From contig CBDCFB010000001.1 of NCBI GenBank assembly GCA_965216065.1, forward strand, positions 77,802 to 141,801: a DNA stretch of 64,000 nucleotides, read 5' to 3'. Source of the stretch: Dehalococcoidia bacterium (GTDB taxonomy: Bacteria; Chloroflexota; Dehalococcoidia; Lucifugimonadales; UBA3495). The notes under the pieces are model-generated. The model worked only from the letters and a program-made list of their open reading frames with translations. It searched no databases and was not told where the DNA came from. Each line of letters starts with the position of its first letter. Within the stretch, counting starts at the first letter, position 1. Below are positions 51,371-62,026 of the stretch, one piece after another. Position numbers and translations under genes: made by a program.

Positions 51371-51687
51371 CAGGCTGGGGAGGTTGCCCAACTCCGGCGG
51401 CATCTCTCCCCTCAACTGGTTCCTGCTGAGGAGCAGTACTGTCAGGTTGGCGAGGTTGCCAATTCCGGCGGTATCTCCCCCCTCAACTGGTTCGCGCCAA
51501 GGTCCAGTATGGTGACGCGGCCGTTGTCGTCAGCGATGACGCCTTCCCACTCGCTAATCGGCACGTCGCTCAGCCAGTTATTGTTGCTTTTTCAATTCGG
51601 GCCGCCGGTGGCGTTCGCCGGTGGTGTTATAGAGGGCGACGAGTCCTTCCCGGTCTGTTTCGGAGCCGCGGCAGGCCAGCAGCAGCA
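51371..51687 (-). pseudogene. LRR lipoprotein remnant (frameshifted, truncated at both ends)
   Basis: Minus-strand fragments read 'LLLACRGSETDREGLVALYNTT...', '...WLSDVPISEWEGVIADDNGRVT...' and '...LRGEIPPELGNLANLTVLLLSRNQLRGEMPPELGNLPSL'. They lie in different frames and abut the MITE. Confidence 0.6.
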
Positions 51688-51738
51688 TAGGAGTTCTTGC
51701 CCCGCCCTCCATGCCAGCCTGCTTCTACCTGTTGCCCC

Positions 51739-54700
51739 CTACTGGCCAGGCCCGCTGACGGTGCGCTCCAAGCGGTTGGACAGCTTCTTGTCGCCGTCGG
51801 CGCAGATGGCCCCCTGCGCGTCGCAGTCCGTGGTGGCGGGCAGGGTGATCGTCACGTCGCCGTTTGAGCCCGGGCGGACGCTGACCTCCCAGCGGATGTT
51901 GCTGCCGCTGACCAGCCGCCGTGCCCCGGCCACCGTGCCTCCCTCCACCGTGAACGCATGGTCCCGCAGCGTCTTGTAGCTGAAGTTTGCCTCAAGCTCC
52001 TCGCTGAAGGTGATCCTGAATTTGAAGTTGTCGCTGCCGTTGTGGGACGTCGGGACGCTCTCGAAACTTGCCGTCAGCGGAGGCCCCTTGACGGTGAATT
52101 TCAGCGGGATGGACAGCATCGTCCCGTCAGCAGTGCAGATGGCCCCCTGCGCGTCGCAGTCCTCGGTGGCGGGCAGCTCGACGGTGACGTCCGCGCTGGA
52201 GTCCGAGCTGACGCTGATCTCCCACCGGATGTTGGGGGTGTCGCTGTCGCTGTCCAGCCGCCGGGCCCCGGCCACCGTGCCTCCCTTCACGGTGAACGCA
52301 TGGTCCCGCAGCGTCTGGTAGCTGAAGCCCGTCCCGAGCTCCTCACTGAACCGCAGTTCGAATTTGAATGCGTCCTGCCCGTCGTGCGACTCCGGCTTGT
52401 CGTGGATGGCGGCCGTCAGCGGGGTGGGCGAGGGCGCAGCAGCCACTGCTACGGTAACGTCGCTCGTACGCCTCTCCTGGGTCCCCCCGTCGTCGGTGAA
52501 GCTCACCCGCACCTTGATGGTCTTGTCTTCGTCATCGGCGCCAACAGTGTAGGTAGAACCGGTCGCGTCCTGGATATCCGTGTCTTCGGTCCCATCGTTT
52601 GCTATCCACTGGTATGTGAAGGTCGCGTTGATCAGGCCGTCGGAGTCCGATATGCCCGTGGTATCCGCCGTGAGCGTCTCCCCCACCTGCGCCGTGCCAG
52701 TGATGGTGGGCTCACCGGTCGCCGGGGTGTTGGACGCCGCCACCGTTGCCGTGGGCGCGCTGGTCAACGATTCGTCGTTGCCCGCGTCGTCAGTGAAGGT
52801 GCCCCGCACCTTGATGGTCCTTCCCTCGTCTGCGGCAACCAGGGCGTAGGTCGAGCCGGTCGCGTCAGTGATGTCCGCGTCGTCGGCCAGCCACCGGTAG
52901 GTAAAGATGGCGTTGTTCAGGCCGTCGGAGTCCGATATGCCCGTGGTATCCGCCGTGAGCGTCTCCCCCACCTGCGCCGTGCCAGTGATGGTGGGCTCAC
53001 CGGTCGCCGGGGTGTTGGACGCCGCCACCGTTGCCGTGGGCGCGCTGGTCAACGATTCGTCGTTGCCCGCGTCGTCAGTGAAGGTGCCCCGCACCTTGAT
53101 GGTCTTTCCCTCGTCTGCGTCGGTCACGGTGTAGGTGGAGCTTGCCGCTCCCTCGATATCCGCGTCGGTTCTGGTCTCCCGGTCGTGGCGGACCCACTGG
53201 TAGGCGAAGACCGCGCCCGTCAGACCGTCCTCGTCCTCGATGCCTATGGTATCCGCCTCCAGCGTCTGACCGACCGTCGGCACGCCACCGATGGTCGGGG
53301 CGCCCGTTGCCGGGCTACTGGACTCGGCTTGCATTGACGAGACCTGGGGTATCTCAAACACGGACACTTTGTTCTTGGTCCTGTCAAAAAAATCCCGGGA
53401 CGCCACCCAAATCCACTCGCCGTCCGTCCACAGTCCGCCAACAATGCCAAGTTCGGAACCCATGTTGATGTCTCTGGCGGAATCCCTCACCAGCGGCCCG
53501 GGCGACGAAGGTATGCGGAGAGCCTTGAGTATTTGAGGATTGGGTTGCGGTTCCCCCAACGGGTAACTGTGTTGTGCCAGCCACATGTGACTGGCATCTG
53601 TTGCGAGCCCCTGCGGGCTTTCATAAGGGTTGGCTTCATTGCCCCAATCACTGGTCGTGAATTCGTAATTGGATGAGTGAACTATCCTAGGGCCCTTAGC
53701 GGGTCTATTGGCCCAATCGAATGCGAAGACCGGCTGGACTCCTCGTCCCGAAACGCCGGCAGCCCAGAGGATGGAGCCATTGGACCAGAGGCCGTAGAAA
53801 CCATTGGAGCACGCCTCGAGCCGGTACACCCTGGAGTCGTCGTATATCCAACCCTTGGGGTGCATACTGTACGCTTTCATCAAACTCAGGTCACCCTGAA
53901 CACCGTAGCTCACCCACATCGTCGGTCCTTGGCCCCACATGGAATTCAGTGCCCCATCGACGTACCGGTCTCCGGGCAAGCGGGCGCCCGTGCAGAGACC
54001 AAATGGTCGCACCGGATTCCCCGCGTTCTCCAACGCAACCCAGAGGGTACGGCCGTCTGACCAGACATCCTTGGGGGAGTGGTCCCATGAGAAATCTGCG
54101 TGCGAGACTGGTGTGGGAGAGTCACAGTCGGGCTTGGCGACCACCGCAGCCGTGGTGACCGCATTGGCGGTGTGTTCACCATGAAAGTTGCCGTAGGAAG
54201 CAGTAGCCCGTAGGTGATAACCCACGTCGTTCGCCGTGGGAAGGTAGGATGTCGTGCCGTTACCGCCATGGATTACCGTACCCGCTGCGGTTACCCAATC
54301 ATCGGCACCGTTTCGGGAGCGCTCCCACTCCCAGGTAGGCTCTCCAATCCCGTTGGGATCATCCAGCCCGGCGATGAGCGTTACTCCCGCCCAAGGATCG
54401 CCGTATGACAAGCTTACTGTACCAAGGCCGGTTACTGTCACCCGTCCGAGATCCTCAAATCCGCTCGTGGTGGTCCTGGCCTGGACCCAGGGCCCGTACC
54501 ATGGATATCTGGAATGGTGCCCATCGGTGTAGCGAGGGCGGACTCTGACCTTGTACTGAGTGCCTGAAGTGAGGCCCCCCACGTCATGAAAAGTGCCGGT
54601 TTGGTAGGCATTGCGGGTGGTGTCATAGTCGCCGCCGTCCTCGGTCCAACTGATCTGGTAGTCTGTTGGTGGTTGCAGGGACGGCTGGGGCGGCGGATCC

Positions 54701-55239
54701 CACGCAATGGTGAGGTCGCTATCGTTGCGTGTCAGACTCATTCCTGAGATCACGCCGTCGGTTGCGGATTGCGCTCTCGGCGTGATCGACTTGATCTCGG
54801 CCCAAGGGCCGCTCCAGCCCTGGTGACGGGACCGCATTCGCATTTTGTGCTCGATGCCAACCTCCATATACGAGATGGTGAGCGAGGTGCTATTCCCGTC
54901 CGGGTACAAGTGGTAGAAATCAACATTGTAGAGATCAGTATCCCAGCCCTTGTAATATTCGAGGGTCCTTGCCCAGTCAACTCGGTAGTCTTTAGGCTTG
55001 GGATCTACTGCGTCCCAGCGGATGGTCACCGTGCCCGGAGCATCGCTGCTGACCGTTAGTCCCGTCATTCGTCCCTCCCCCTGCGCCTGCGCCTGCGTGA
55101 TCGCCCAGGCGCAAACAATGGCGGTCAAAATGAGGGCCGGCAGGAACATCGTTCTTCGGGAGCAGGAATTTCGGAGGTGTGAGCTCCGGACAGAGGTGCG
55201 ACGGCGCCGGATGATGTCAAAGGACCGCAATGATTTCAT
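51739..55239 (-). CDS. Secreted multidomain surface protein: FN3-like domains, WSDG/WV beta-propeller-like region, 3 Ig-like repeats, 2 C-terminal modules
   Basis: Start taken at ATG 55239 (alternative 55149), giving signal 'MFLPALILTAIVCAWAITQAQA'. FN3-like 'VTIRWDAVDPKPKDYRVDWA'. Blades such as 'DVWSDGRTLWVA', 'GLWSNGSILWAA' and 'GLWTDGEWIWVA'. The last ~500 aa are near-identical to the giant gene's C-terminus. Confidence 0.8.
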   Translation of the reverse strand: MKSLRSFDIIRRRRTSVRSSHLRNSCSRRTMFLPALILTAIVCAWAITQAQAQGEGRMTGLTVSSDAPGTVTIRWDAVDPKPKDYRVDWARTLEYYKGWDTDLYNVDFYHLYPDGNSTSLTISYMEVGIEHKMRMRSRHQGWSGPWAEIKSITPRAQSATDGVISGMSLTRNDSDLTIAWDPPPQPSLQPPTDYQISWTEDGGDYDTTRNAYQTGTFHDVGGLTSGTQYKVRVRPRYTDGHHSRYPWYGPWVQARTTTSGFEDLGRVTVTGLGTVSLSYGDPWAGVTLIAGLDDPNGIGEPTWEWERSRNGADDWVTAAGTVIHGGNGTTSYLPTANDVGYHLRATASYGNFHGEHTANAVTTAAVVAKPDCDSPTPVSHADFSWDHSPKDVWSDGRTLWVALENAGNPVRPFGLCTGARLPGDRYVDGALNSMWGQGPTMWVSYGVQGDLSLMKAYSMHPKGWIYDDSRVYRLEACSNGFYGLWSNGSILWAAGVSGRGVQPVFAFDWANRPAKGPRIVHSSNYEFTTSDWGNEANPYESPQGLATDASHMWLAQHSYPLGEPQPNPQILKALRIPSSPGPLVRDSARDINMGSELGIVGGLWTDGEWIWVASRDFFDRTKNKVSVFEIPQVSSMQAESSSPATGAPTIGGVPTVGQTLEADTIGIEDEDGLTGAVFAYQWVRHDRETRTDADIEGAASSTYTVTDADEGKTIKVRGTFTDDAGNDESLTSAPTATVAASNTPATGEPTITGTAQVGETLTADTTGISDSDGLNNAIFTYRWLADDADITDATGSTYALVAADEGRTIKVRGTFTDDAGNDESLTSAPTATVAASNTPATGEPTITGTAQVGETLTADTTGISDSDGLINATFTYQWIANDGTEDTDIQDATGSTYTVGADDEDKTIKVRVSFTDDGGTQERRTSDVTVAVAAAPSPTPLTAAIHDKPESHDGQDAFKFELRFSEELGTGFSYQTLRDHAFTVKGGTVAGARRLDSDSDTPNIRWEISVSSDSSADVTVELPATEDCDAQGAICTADGTMLSIPLKFTVKGPPLTASFESVPTSHNGSDNFKFRITFSEELEANFSYKTLRDHAFTVEGGTVAGARRLVSGSNIRWEVSVRPGSNGDVTITLPATTDCDAQGAICADGDKKLSNRLERTVSGPGQ

Positions 55240-55369
55240 GGTTGGGTACCTCCTGGTCTTTGAGGTCCCGGGGGAGAAAATTATCTCAAGCTGATTGGTC
55301 GCGTAGCTGAAGTTTTCCTTGGGGTCCTCGCTGAAGCGCGGCATCACAGCAGGCGGGCCCTCTGCACAG

Positions 55370-55732
55370 TTATAGGACCCGTCGCGCTGCCAGCCGGAGC
55401 CGAACAATCACCCCTGATAGTTCTCCACCCACACCCGCAGCGACTCCGTCCGGATAGCGGTTGCCGGCCTCGGATGTCCATGACGGATAGCTCTCGCCGG
55501 ACTTCGCCCAGTTGACCCGGTGGTCGGTGGGTGCTGGGCTGGCCGTGTCCCAGGACACCGCCAGGGTTCCCGGCGTGTCGCCGCTCAGCCTCAGACCGGT
55601 TATGGCCCCATTGGTCTCCTGGGCCTGGACGGCCCCGCCGTAGAGGGCGCCGAAGGTCGCGGCGGCCACCAGCATGGCAGACAGGAAAACCCAACGCCTC
55701 CGGGTGACGGCTGATGGAGACAGGTGATTCAT
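55370..55732 (-). pseudogene. N-terminal fragment of a paralogous surface protein (signal peptide + partial FN3)
   Basis: 'MNHLSPSAVTRRRWVFLSAMLVAAATFGALYGGAVQAQETNGAITGLRLSGDTPGTLAVSWDTASPAPTDHRVNWAK' parallels the N-terminus of the 51739-55239 product and then degenerates. Confidence 0.5.
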
Positions 55733-55849
55733 GACAGGGACCCTCCTCGGTTCATGGCCTCAGGGAAGGCAGGTCGTGCCAACAGGCCTGCACGGGCGTG
55801 CTTCGTCCATCGACGGGACGGTTCCGGGCAGGCGCCCATGAAAATCCGG

Positions 55850-56385
55850 GGAGGGGTAGAACCGTCGGGCGCTCGGGCGCAAAACGAACGATTCCGGCAG
55901 CCGGGGCCGTTTGGCCCGCTGAGCCAGATCCGGGTAGTTCGCCTTTCCAACGCCTGAACGCAACTACTCCTAAACGCAATTGGCCCTACTGGATGGAACT
56001 GGCCCCGAAGTCTTGGCATCGAACTGCTAGGTGGCCTGCAGAGCCAGCCAACGTCTCTGAAGCCCACTGAGCCGAATCCAGACTACAGGGGCTTGCAGGC
56101 CGAAACTAGGGCCATATGCAACTTTCTTCTGCAGAGTTTGTATGCAACGTTTTGGCAAGAAACTGGAGTCGAAGTTGCCTACATTAGACATCTCATACAC
56201 GCCTTTTATCAGCGTGCGTCTCCCCGGCAATGTCGGTACTTTTGCATAGGGCGTATGTGATGCTCACTGTGAGTACCAATCCCCACGCCACTGAGTACGT
56301 TGCGCCCTCGACAACGTCTCGCCAGCGCAGTACGTTTGGGACGGCGGATGCTTCGGCCTCGCGTTACAGGCGAGAGAGGTCCGGC
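55850..56385. repeat. ~530-bp non-coding repeat, copy 1
   Basis: Aligns by eye with 62445-62970, with the strongest stretch at 55935-56382 versus 62530-62970. Indels and inconsistent ORFs argue against coding. Confidence 0.7.
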
Positions 56386-56519
56386 TTCATCATTGTCATG
56401 GGACCGATTCGACGGAGCGTATTCGCTCCGTTGGGACGGGACCCGGGCAGAGTTCGCGCCGAAGCTTGACAGTCCAAACCTCGCCGACATTGCCGCGTAG
56501 CCTGGGACGCTCGCGGTCC

Positions 56520-57000
56520 TCATCGCTCTGATGACCAGATCCAGGTCACGGTCGTGTCGCCGCTGGAGAGGTTGCTACACGAGCCGGTGGTCCTGGTGGA
56601 CGCCACATCGCCGATCGGCCAGCCGGAACCACCAGCCCCCTGTTCATCGGGAGTGGTGGAGGTTGGCTGGTAACCATTTGCTGCCAGGACTATCCGGTAC
56701 GCGCTGCCGGCCGCGAGCGTCTGGTCCGCGCAGTTCGGGGCGATGAAGATGGTGAAATGCGGGCCGCCCGGCCACGGGATGCGGTGCTCGACCTGGGTGG
56801 GATTGGGGAGATCGCACAGCTTGCAGCCGGGCGCTCCGGAACTGTCTGCGTGATGGGCGAGTCCCGGATTAGAGCCATTTGTACTTACATGCGTGATGAC
56901 CGGGTCGAGCGCATATTCTTCCGGGGCCACCGTCTGTGCCGGCGTTTTTGCATCTATGTGGGCAACGGCCACCGCGACGTTGAGCCGGAGGAGGCCGGAA
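56520..57000 (-). CDS. Hypothetical protein, probably 5'-truncated
   Basis: The C-terminal ~150 aa of track ORF 56520..57143 have normal composition ('...DPVITHVSTNGSNPGLAHHADSSGAPGCKLCDL...'). The upstream part runs into the transposase remnant. Confidence 0.3.
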
Positions 57001-57127
57001 GGCGCTGTTTTCCTGGCCGAGATCCCCACCGATGAACAGGCGAACCTGAAGGGACACGGAACGGGGAGCCTACGCCGGGGACCCTTCGATGTCAGAGTGG
57101 GCGCCGGCCCCGGTGCAGAAGGGGGTT

Positions 57128-57940
57128 GGTGAAGCTGGCCCACGTGTCTCTGGACGGGACCAAGGTCAGGGGCAACGCATCAAGCACAAGGCGATGAGTT
57201 ATAAGCGTATGAAAGAGAAGGAAGCCCGGTTGGCGGCGAAGGTGGCCGGGTTGCTGCGGCGGGCCCAGGAGGCGGATGACGAGGAAGACCGCCGGTACGG
57301 TCAGGATGAGAGCGGGGATGAGTTGCCTGCAGAACTGGCGTTTCGTGAGGGCCGGGGAAGCGGCAGAGCAGGCGGCGGCCGCAGGCAGGGAACATCCGGG
57401 AGTGCCAGAGGACAGGGCCCAGTTCAATTTCACCGACGCCGAGTCCCGCATCATGCCAGCCCCAGGCGGTGGTGGACAGCGCCCACCAGGTCATCGTGGC
57501 GGCCCGTGCTACCAACCAGCCCTCGGACAAGGGTCAGGCCGAGAGCATGATTGAGGAGACCGTGAGTAACACCGGCGAGGTCCCAAAGGAAGTTTCCGCC
57601 GACGCAGGCTGCTACCCGGCGCAGGCAGTTGACGGCCTCTATGCCTTGGGGACGGACCCCCCCGTGGCCCCGGAACAGACCCGCCACGGGGGGGGCCATC
57701 TGCGCCCCGGGGCCGGATACCCACCAACCTGTCGGACGGGGACCGGATGAGGCGGAAGTTGCAGACGAAACGGGGCCGGCAGCGCTACGCGTTGCGCATG
57801 GAGATGGCATTAGGCCAGATTATAGAAGCCCGCGGTTTCCGGCAGTTCCTGCTGCGGGACTTGGATAAGGTGAACCGGAAGTAGTTGCTCATTTGCACCG
57901 GGCGCAACCTGTTCAAGCTGTTCCGGTATGGAGCTGATGT
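57128..57940 (+). pseudogene. IS1182/IS5-like transposase, 5'-truncated with multiple frameshifts
   Basis: Fragments in three frames: 'VKLAHVSLDGTKVRGNAS', 'KHKAMSYKRMKEKEARLAAKVAGLLRRAQEADDEEDRRYG...ELPAELAFRE', 'VDSAHQVIVAARATNQPSDKGQAESMIEE...VSADAGCY' and 'KRGRQRYALRMEMALGQIIEARGFRQFLLRDLDKV'. Confidence 0.65.
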
Positions 57941-58250
57941 GCCCGTCGCAACATGGGCAAACGGGGCTGCCGAAAGCATCAGGAAATCGGCCGGGTTTGT
58001 AAACGGCGTGATATCCGAGAGGTTATTCGGGCGCCAGCGGCTGCAACCGGCGAGAATGGTTGTCGCCAACTGATGCCTGCCAGCCTGCTGGGATATCTTC
58101 GGAGAGGCTGCCAGCGTTCAGGGTCTGTTCCAGACCTGACGGGAACTCACAAACACTGCAGCCGTCCGTCGGCACACCGACATCGCCCAACTGCGACCGT
58201 GATGCTCCAGGAATACGAGCTTTTGCGTTGCATGCCTTCAACGGCATTGA

Positions 58251-59852
58251 TTATGGCGGAGAAGGGGGCGCAGCGGCGGTGAGACGGCGGGATGCACCCA
58301 TCTCTTGTGTCAGTCGAGAGAACAGGAAAAATATCTCCCCTGCCGTATTGGTCACATCGAGGATTCCTGCCTGTATGGAATCGCTTACGGGAGCGTTTGT
58401 GGTGATGTAGTCGTCCCTGATACGGCGAAGTAGCTCAGACCTGTCTCCGGTCAGTTGCATGGCCGTTTGCCAGTCCTCCTGGTCCTGACTGGTCAGCCCA
58501 TCTATTATGATCAAAACCACGGCATCAATTCCGTCGACCATAGCGTCCCGCAGCCGACCGGGAGCCCCCTCGTCGGGGAGTTCGTTCAATTCAGCGCACA
58601 ATGCGGCAAACTGCTCCTCCAGCCAGACAATCAGCCTCTGCTGGGCAAGCATAGAGCTGACCGCCTCCATCTCATGGCTGGGATGCCGCAGTCTCGCTTC
58701 GGTGAGAAACTCGTCCATCTCCCGGATCATCGGTCTGACGGAATTTCTCAGGGGTTCAATTGCGGCTCCCTGACGCACGGCATCCAAGTAGGACGAGAAG
58801 GCGGAAAGTACGCGCCCCTGCTCCAGAGAGATAAGCTCCAGCGCTGCAGTAACGTCCCCATAGTTCCGGGCGTGAACGTAGGCAACCCGCGACATCACTT
58901 CCGCAGTGGTTGCAGGCCAAAGCAGGGAAAACAGATGCGCTATCCGGGGCACAAAGAAGATGACGGGTGCTGCGACGAGGACATCACTTGTCAAGCACAG
59001 GGCTGCCAATGGCTGGTCCAGAGGCACGGACAGGATGAGAGTCTTTATCAGTGGTACGCTCGCCCATATCTCGACGTAAAGTAGCGGAACAAATACTGCG
59101 ATTTGCAATAGATTGTAGAAAACTTGGACCATGGCGATGCGGCGCGACACCCCGCTCAGTCTAAGCGATAGTATGAGAAGGGTAGCGTTTGTTCCGAGAT
59201 ACGAACCGTAGATGGACATGATCGCTTGGTCATCAGTCAGGACACCGACAGAAGCCATGCCAACGGCGAGCACCATCACCGCCACGGATGATTGGACCAT
59301 GAAGGACAGCGCAGCGGCCACGAGGAAAGAAAACCACAAGGAGCCATCCATCAGCCCCAGAAATTCATCGAAAAGCGGGTGACCAGTGAATGACAGAGCG
59401 GACTGTTTGACCAGACCGAGGCCGACAAACATCAATGCGGCTCCAAAAAGCGAGGCGCCGATGTTCCGGAACTTGATGGCTCTTTCGCTCAGCATCAACA
59501 CGCTGGCTACCCCCAGTGCGTAGAGGGCCGCCAGTTGAATATCCAGCGATACCAGGAGCACCAAGAGTCCGACTCCCACGTTACCGCCAATAATGAAGGC
59601 GAATGCCCGCTCGGTGGAGAGGAGGTTGGCCCGAAACATGGTGATGGTGATGAATGTCAGGGCAGACAGATTCTGAAGGATACTACCGGAGAGCACCCCC
59701 CAGCCCCAGGCTGCGTAGCGGTTGGGGACCCAGTCAGAAACAAGCCTGCGCAGTCGACGGGTGGTCAGGGCCTTGAGGTTCTCCGAGAGGAACCACATCC
59801 CGACGAAGAACAAGCCGAAACCTCCGAGAAGTCCTCCAATGCCTTCTAGCAC
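58251..59852 (-). CDS. Na+/phosphate cotransporter family protein (NptA-like with PhoU-like C-terminal region)
   Basis: 'GGFGLFFVGMWFLSENLKALTTRRLRRLV...GVLSGSILQNLSALTFITITM...IGGNVGVGL' is duplicated. A helical cytoplasmic tail follows. Confidence 0.85.
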   Translation of the reverse strand: MLEGIGGLLGGFGLFFVGMWFLSENLKALTTRRLRRLVSDWVPNRYAAWGWGVLSGSILQNLSALTFITITMFRANLLSTERAFAFIIGGNVGVGLLVLLVSLDIQLAALYALGVASVLMLSERAIKFRNIGASLFGAALMFVGLGLVKQSALSFTGHPLFDEFLGLMDGSLWFSFLVAAALSFMVQSSVAVMVLAVGMASVGVLTDDQAIMSIYGSYLGTNATLLILSLRLSGVSRRIAMVQVFYNLLQIAVFVPLLYVEIWASVPLIKTLILSVPLDQPLAALCLTSDVLVAAPVIFFVPRIAHLFSLLWPATTAEVMSRVAYVHARNYGDVTAALELISLEQGRVLSAFSSYLDAVRQGAAIEPLRNSVRPMIREMDEFLTEARLRHPSHEMEAVSSMLAQQRLIVWLEEQFAALCAELNELPDEGAPGRLRDAMVDGIDAVVLIIIDGLTSQDQEDWQTAMQLTGDRSELLRRIRDDYITTNAPVSDSIQAGILDVTNTAGEIFFLFSRLTQEMGASRRLTAAAPPSPP

Positions 59853-60200
59853 TTTCTACACACGGGGAGAGCGGACATCAGACGCTGAAGGTAGCGCGGG
59901 CCCGTCGGGATGCTGAAAGGCTCAAACCGTAGGCGAACCTCGTAACCGCTGTCGTTAGGCATCTGTTCCAGCGCCGACAGAAGGGCCAGCGCGTTTCGGT
60001 CCCGGGCCGAGTCTCCCATCAGGCCGATGCGCCACGCTTTGATGCGAAACTCGCCCAAACCTCCACCTATCTCGATCCCGTAGTCGTTCAGCAGCGTAGA
60101 CCTGACGGTTGCATCGTCGATGCCGTCAGGGAGCTGAACGGTGGTCAGCCGGTTCAGACGGTACTCCGGGTCGGCAAGCAGCTCCGGCCCCAGCGCCTCC
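59846..60200 (-). pseudogene. C-terminal fragment of a class-V aminotransferase (serine-pyruvate/AGXT-like)
   Basis: 'RLTTVQLPDGIDDATVRSTLLNDYGIEIGGGLGEFRIKAWRIGLMGDSARDRNALALLSALEQ' is the conserved C-terminal block. There is no N-terminal PLP domain. Confidence 0.55.
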
Positions 60201-60329
60201 CGCCCGGCGCGCCGGGCGGGAGCCGCCCTGGCGTGCAGGTTGATGCGATTGTCGCTGCCCTCCTGTTCTTCGTCTCCGTGTCGCACCCAGCCACCCTCTC
60301 GCTTTCCGGTAGCCTCGTTGGGTCCCTCT

Positions 60330-61785
60330 CCTCTCGATCATAGGGAGGACTCCCTGGGCACACGAAGACCCACACGTCTTTCTTCACGTCCTGTGCTAGT
60401 TTCCGTTCCTCCGTGAGTTGCGCCTGCAGCAGGCTGCCCGCGAACTGCGGGGGGTGATTGGGAGACTCCATGGTGTCACTCAGGTAAACCCTGGGAATCT
60501 TGTCAGTTACGCCGGCGTTTCTCAAGCTCCGGGACAGGCGCAGATGCGCTACCGAATAGGGACCTACCAGCACCTCGAAGGCATAAAGGCGCTCGGCCAG
60601 ATCTCTCAGCTTCCCTGCGACTGCTCCCGGACCAACCCGCTGCAGCACAGCGCCCGAAGCGTGGTCCAGAACGGCCAAGGGATGGGTGCCGGTTCCCACA
60701 GCGGGGTCCAGGACCACGACGTCATCATCGGCAAAGACGAGGGGTTTCCCGAAACGTGTTCGAAGCAGTTCTCCGGCCAGTGTCACCTGGGCGCGGACCG
60801 CCTCCACAGGCGTGTAGTACACGCCGCAGTCTTTCCTGAGCTTTGGATCGTACGCGCTCAGGAACTGCTCGTAGAAGTACCACCAGGGGTCTGGCGATTG
60901 GCCCAGCTTCGCCGAGTCCTCAGCCAAGATGGCGCGTTCGAGCAGTTCGATGGGCATCCGCAACTCCTCTCGAACAGCTGGGGCCTCCAGCAGTTGCAGC
61001 CCCTCGGCGAACAAGCCGTGCTCCCGCTGAAGCGCATCCACAGCTATTGCGGGCCTCAAACTCTCCGCCTCCTCGAATCTTGCCAGCAAGAGCGCGTGGG
61101 CCACCGTCTGGGCGTCGGCGTCGGCAATCTGAGCGTCATCTTCTTCTGGGAAGAGCAGCCCGGTCCGCTCACCTGCCAGCGCCCGAAGTGGACTGGCCTC
61201 TCCAGCCAGCGCAGCCCTCACATCATCCCTTAGCACGCGGGCCAAGGGAGCGAGGAACCCTGCCAGCCCTTCCGCCGTTCCAGGGACGATGGGGTCCCAG
61301 TACAGAAAGTCGCGAAGGAGCTCACGAATAGTATCGAGGGGCCCGGGGTCCACCGCCCTCGCGCCACCTTGACTGACATCCGCGGCAATCCTTGCCCCAG
61401 GCTTCAACTCCCCGGACCTGTACAGGCTCCACTCCCCGCCGTCCGCGCAGATAAGGTTGGGCAGCGCCCTGAACTGCTCCCGCTGCGAACGATTGTGCCT
61501 CGTAAAGTGCTCCGGTCGTTCACCCAGCCCGGGGAGTTTGAGTCCTACGTGCCCGGTTAACAGTCCGTTGACGGTTGCACCCAAATCGGCACGTCCGTCA
61601 ATGTCATCAGGGTGGACCTCCGTTCGCCACGCTACGCTCAGGTCGGTCAAGCTGCCGGCGTCCCTAAGAATGTCGCCCACCTGGGCCTTCAACTGGTCTT
61701 CTGGCACGGCAATTGGCACACCCACATGAGCAGGCCGTGATCCATAGTCGCCATGATATGCCTCTTTATAATTTGTATACGACAA
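60330..61785 (-). pseudogene. N6-adenine DNA methyltransferase (type IIG / PglX-like), 3'-truncated
   Basis: 'WWYFYEQFLSAYDPKLRKDCGVYYTPVEAV...VVLDPAVGTGTHPL...AFEVLVGPYSVAHLRL...CPGSPPYDRE' shows motif I and a degenerate NPPY. The ORF then runs into unrelated sequence. Confidence 0.6.
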
Positions 61786-61807
61786 TATGATCGCCTTCAG
61801 CCGCCCG

Positions 61808-62026
61808 TCAGAAAAAAGGTGTAGGCATAGCCGGATCCCGCCGCCTTCCCGGTGCAGCGAAGGTCCCTGGGTCCATTTCCAACTTCCGTCCGGTAACCTC
61901 GGACAGGCGGTGGCAGAAGTCCTCTATTCCCCGCCAGGCTTCAGCCTGGTTGTCTGCGTTGACTTCCCTGACTGCCACCCAGGTGCCGTCCTCCTCCCGG
62001 ACTATGCCCGAGTAACTCCAAGGCAT
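61808..62026 (-). CDS. Hypothetical 72-aa protein upstream of the methylase remnant
   Basis: Internal ATG of track ORF 61808..62425, giving MPWSYSGIVREEDGTWVAVREVNADNQAEAWRGIEDFCHRLSEV... It ends 20 nt before the methylase start. Confidence 0.3.
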   Translation of the reverse strand: MPWSYSGIVREEDGTWVAVREVNADNQAEAWRGIEDFCHRLSEVTGRKLEMDPGTFAAPGRRRDPAMPTPFF

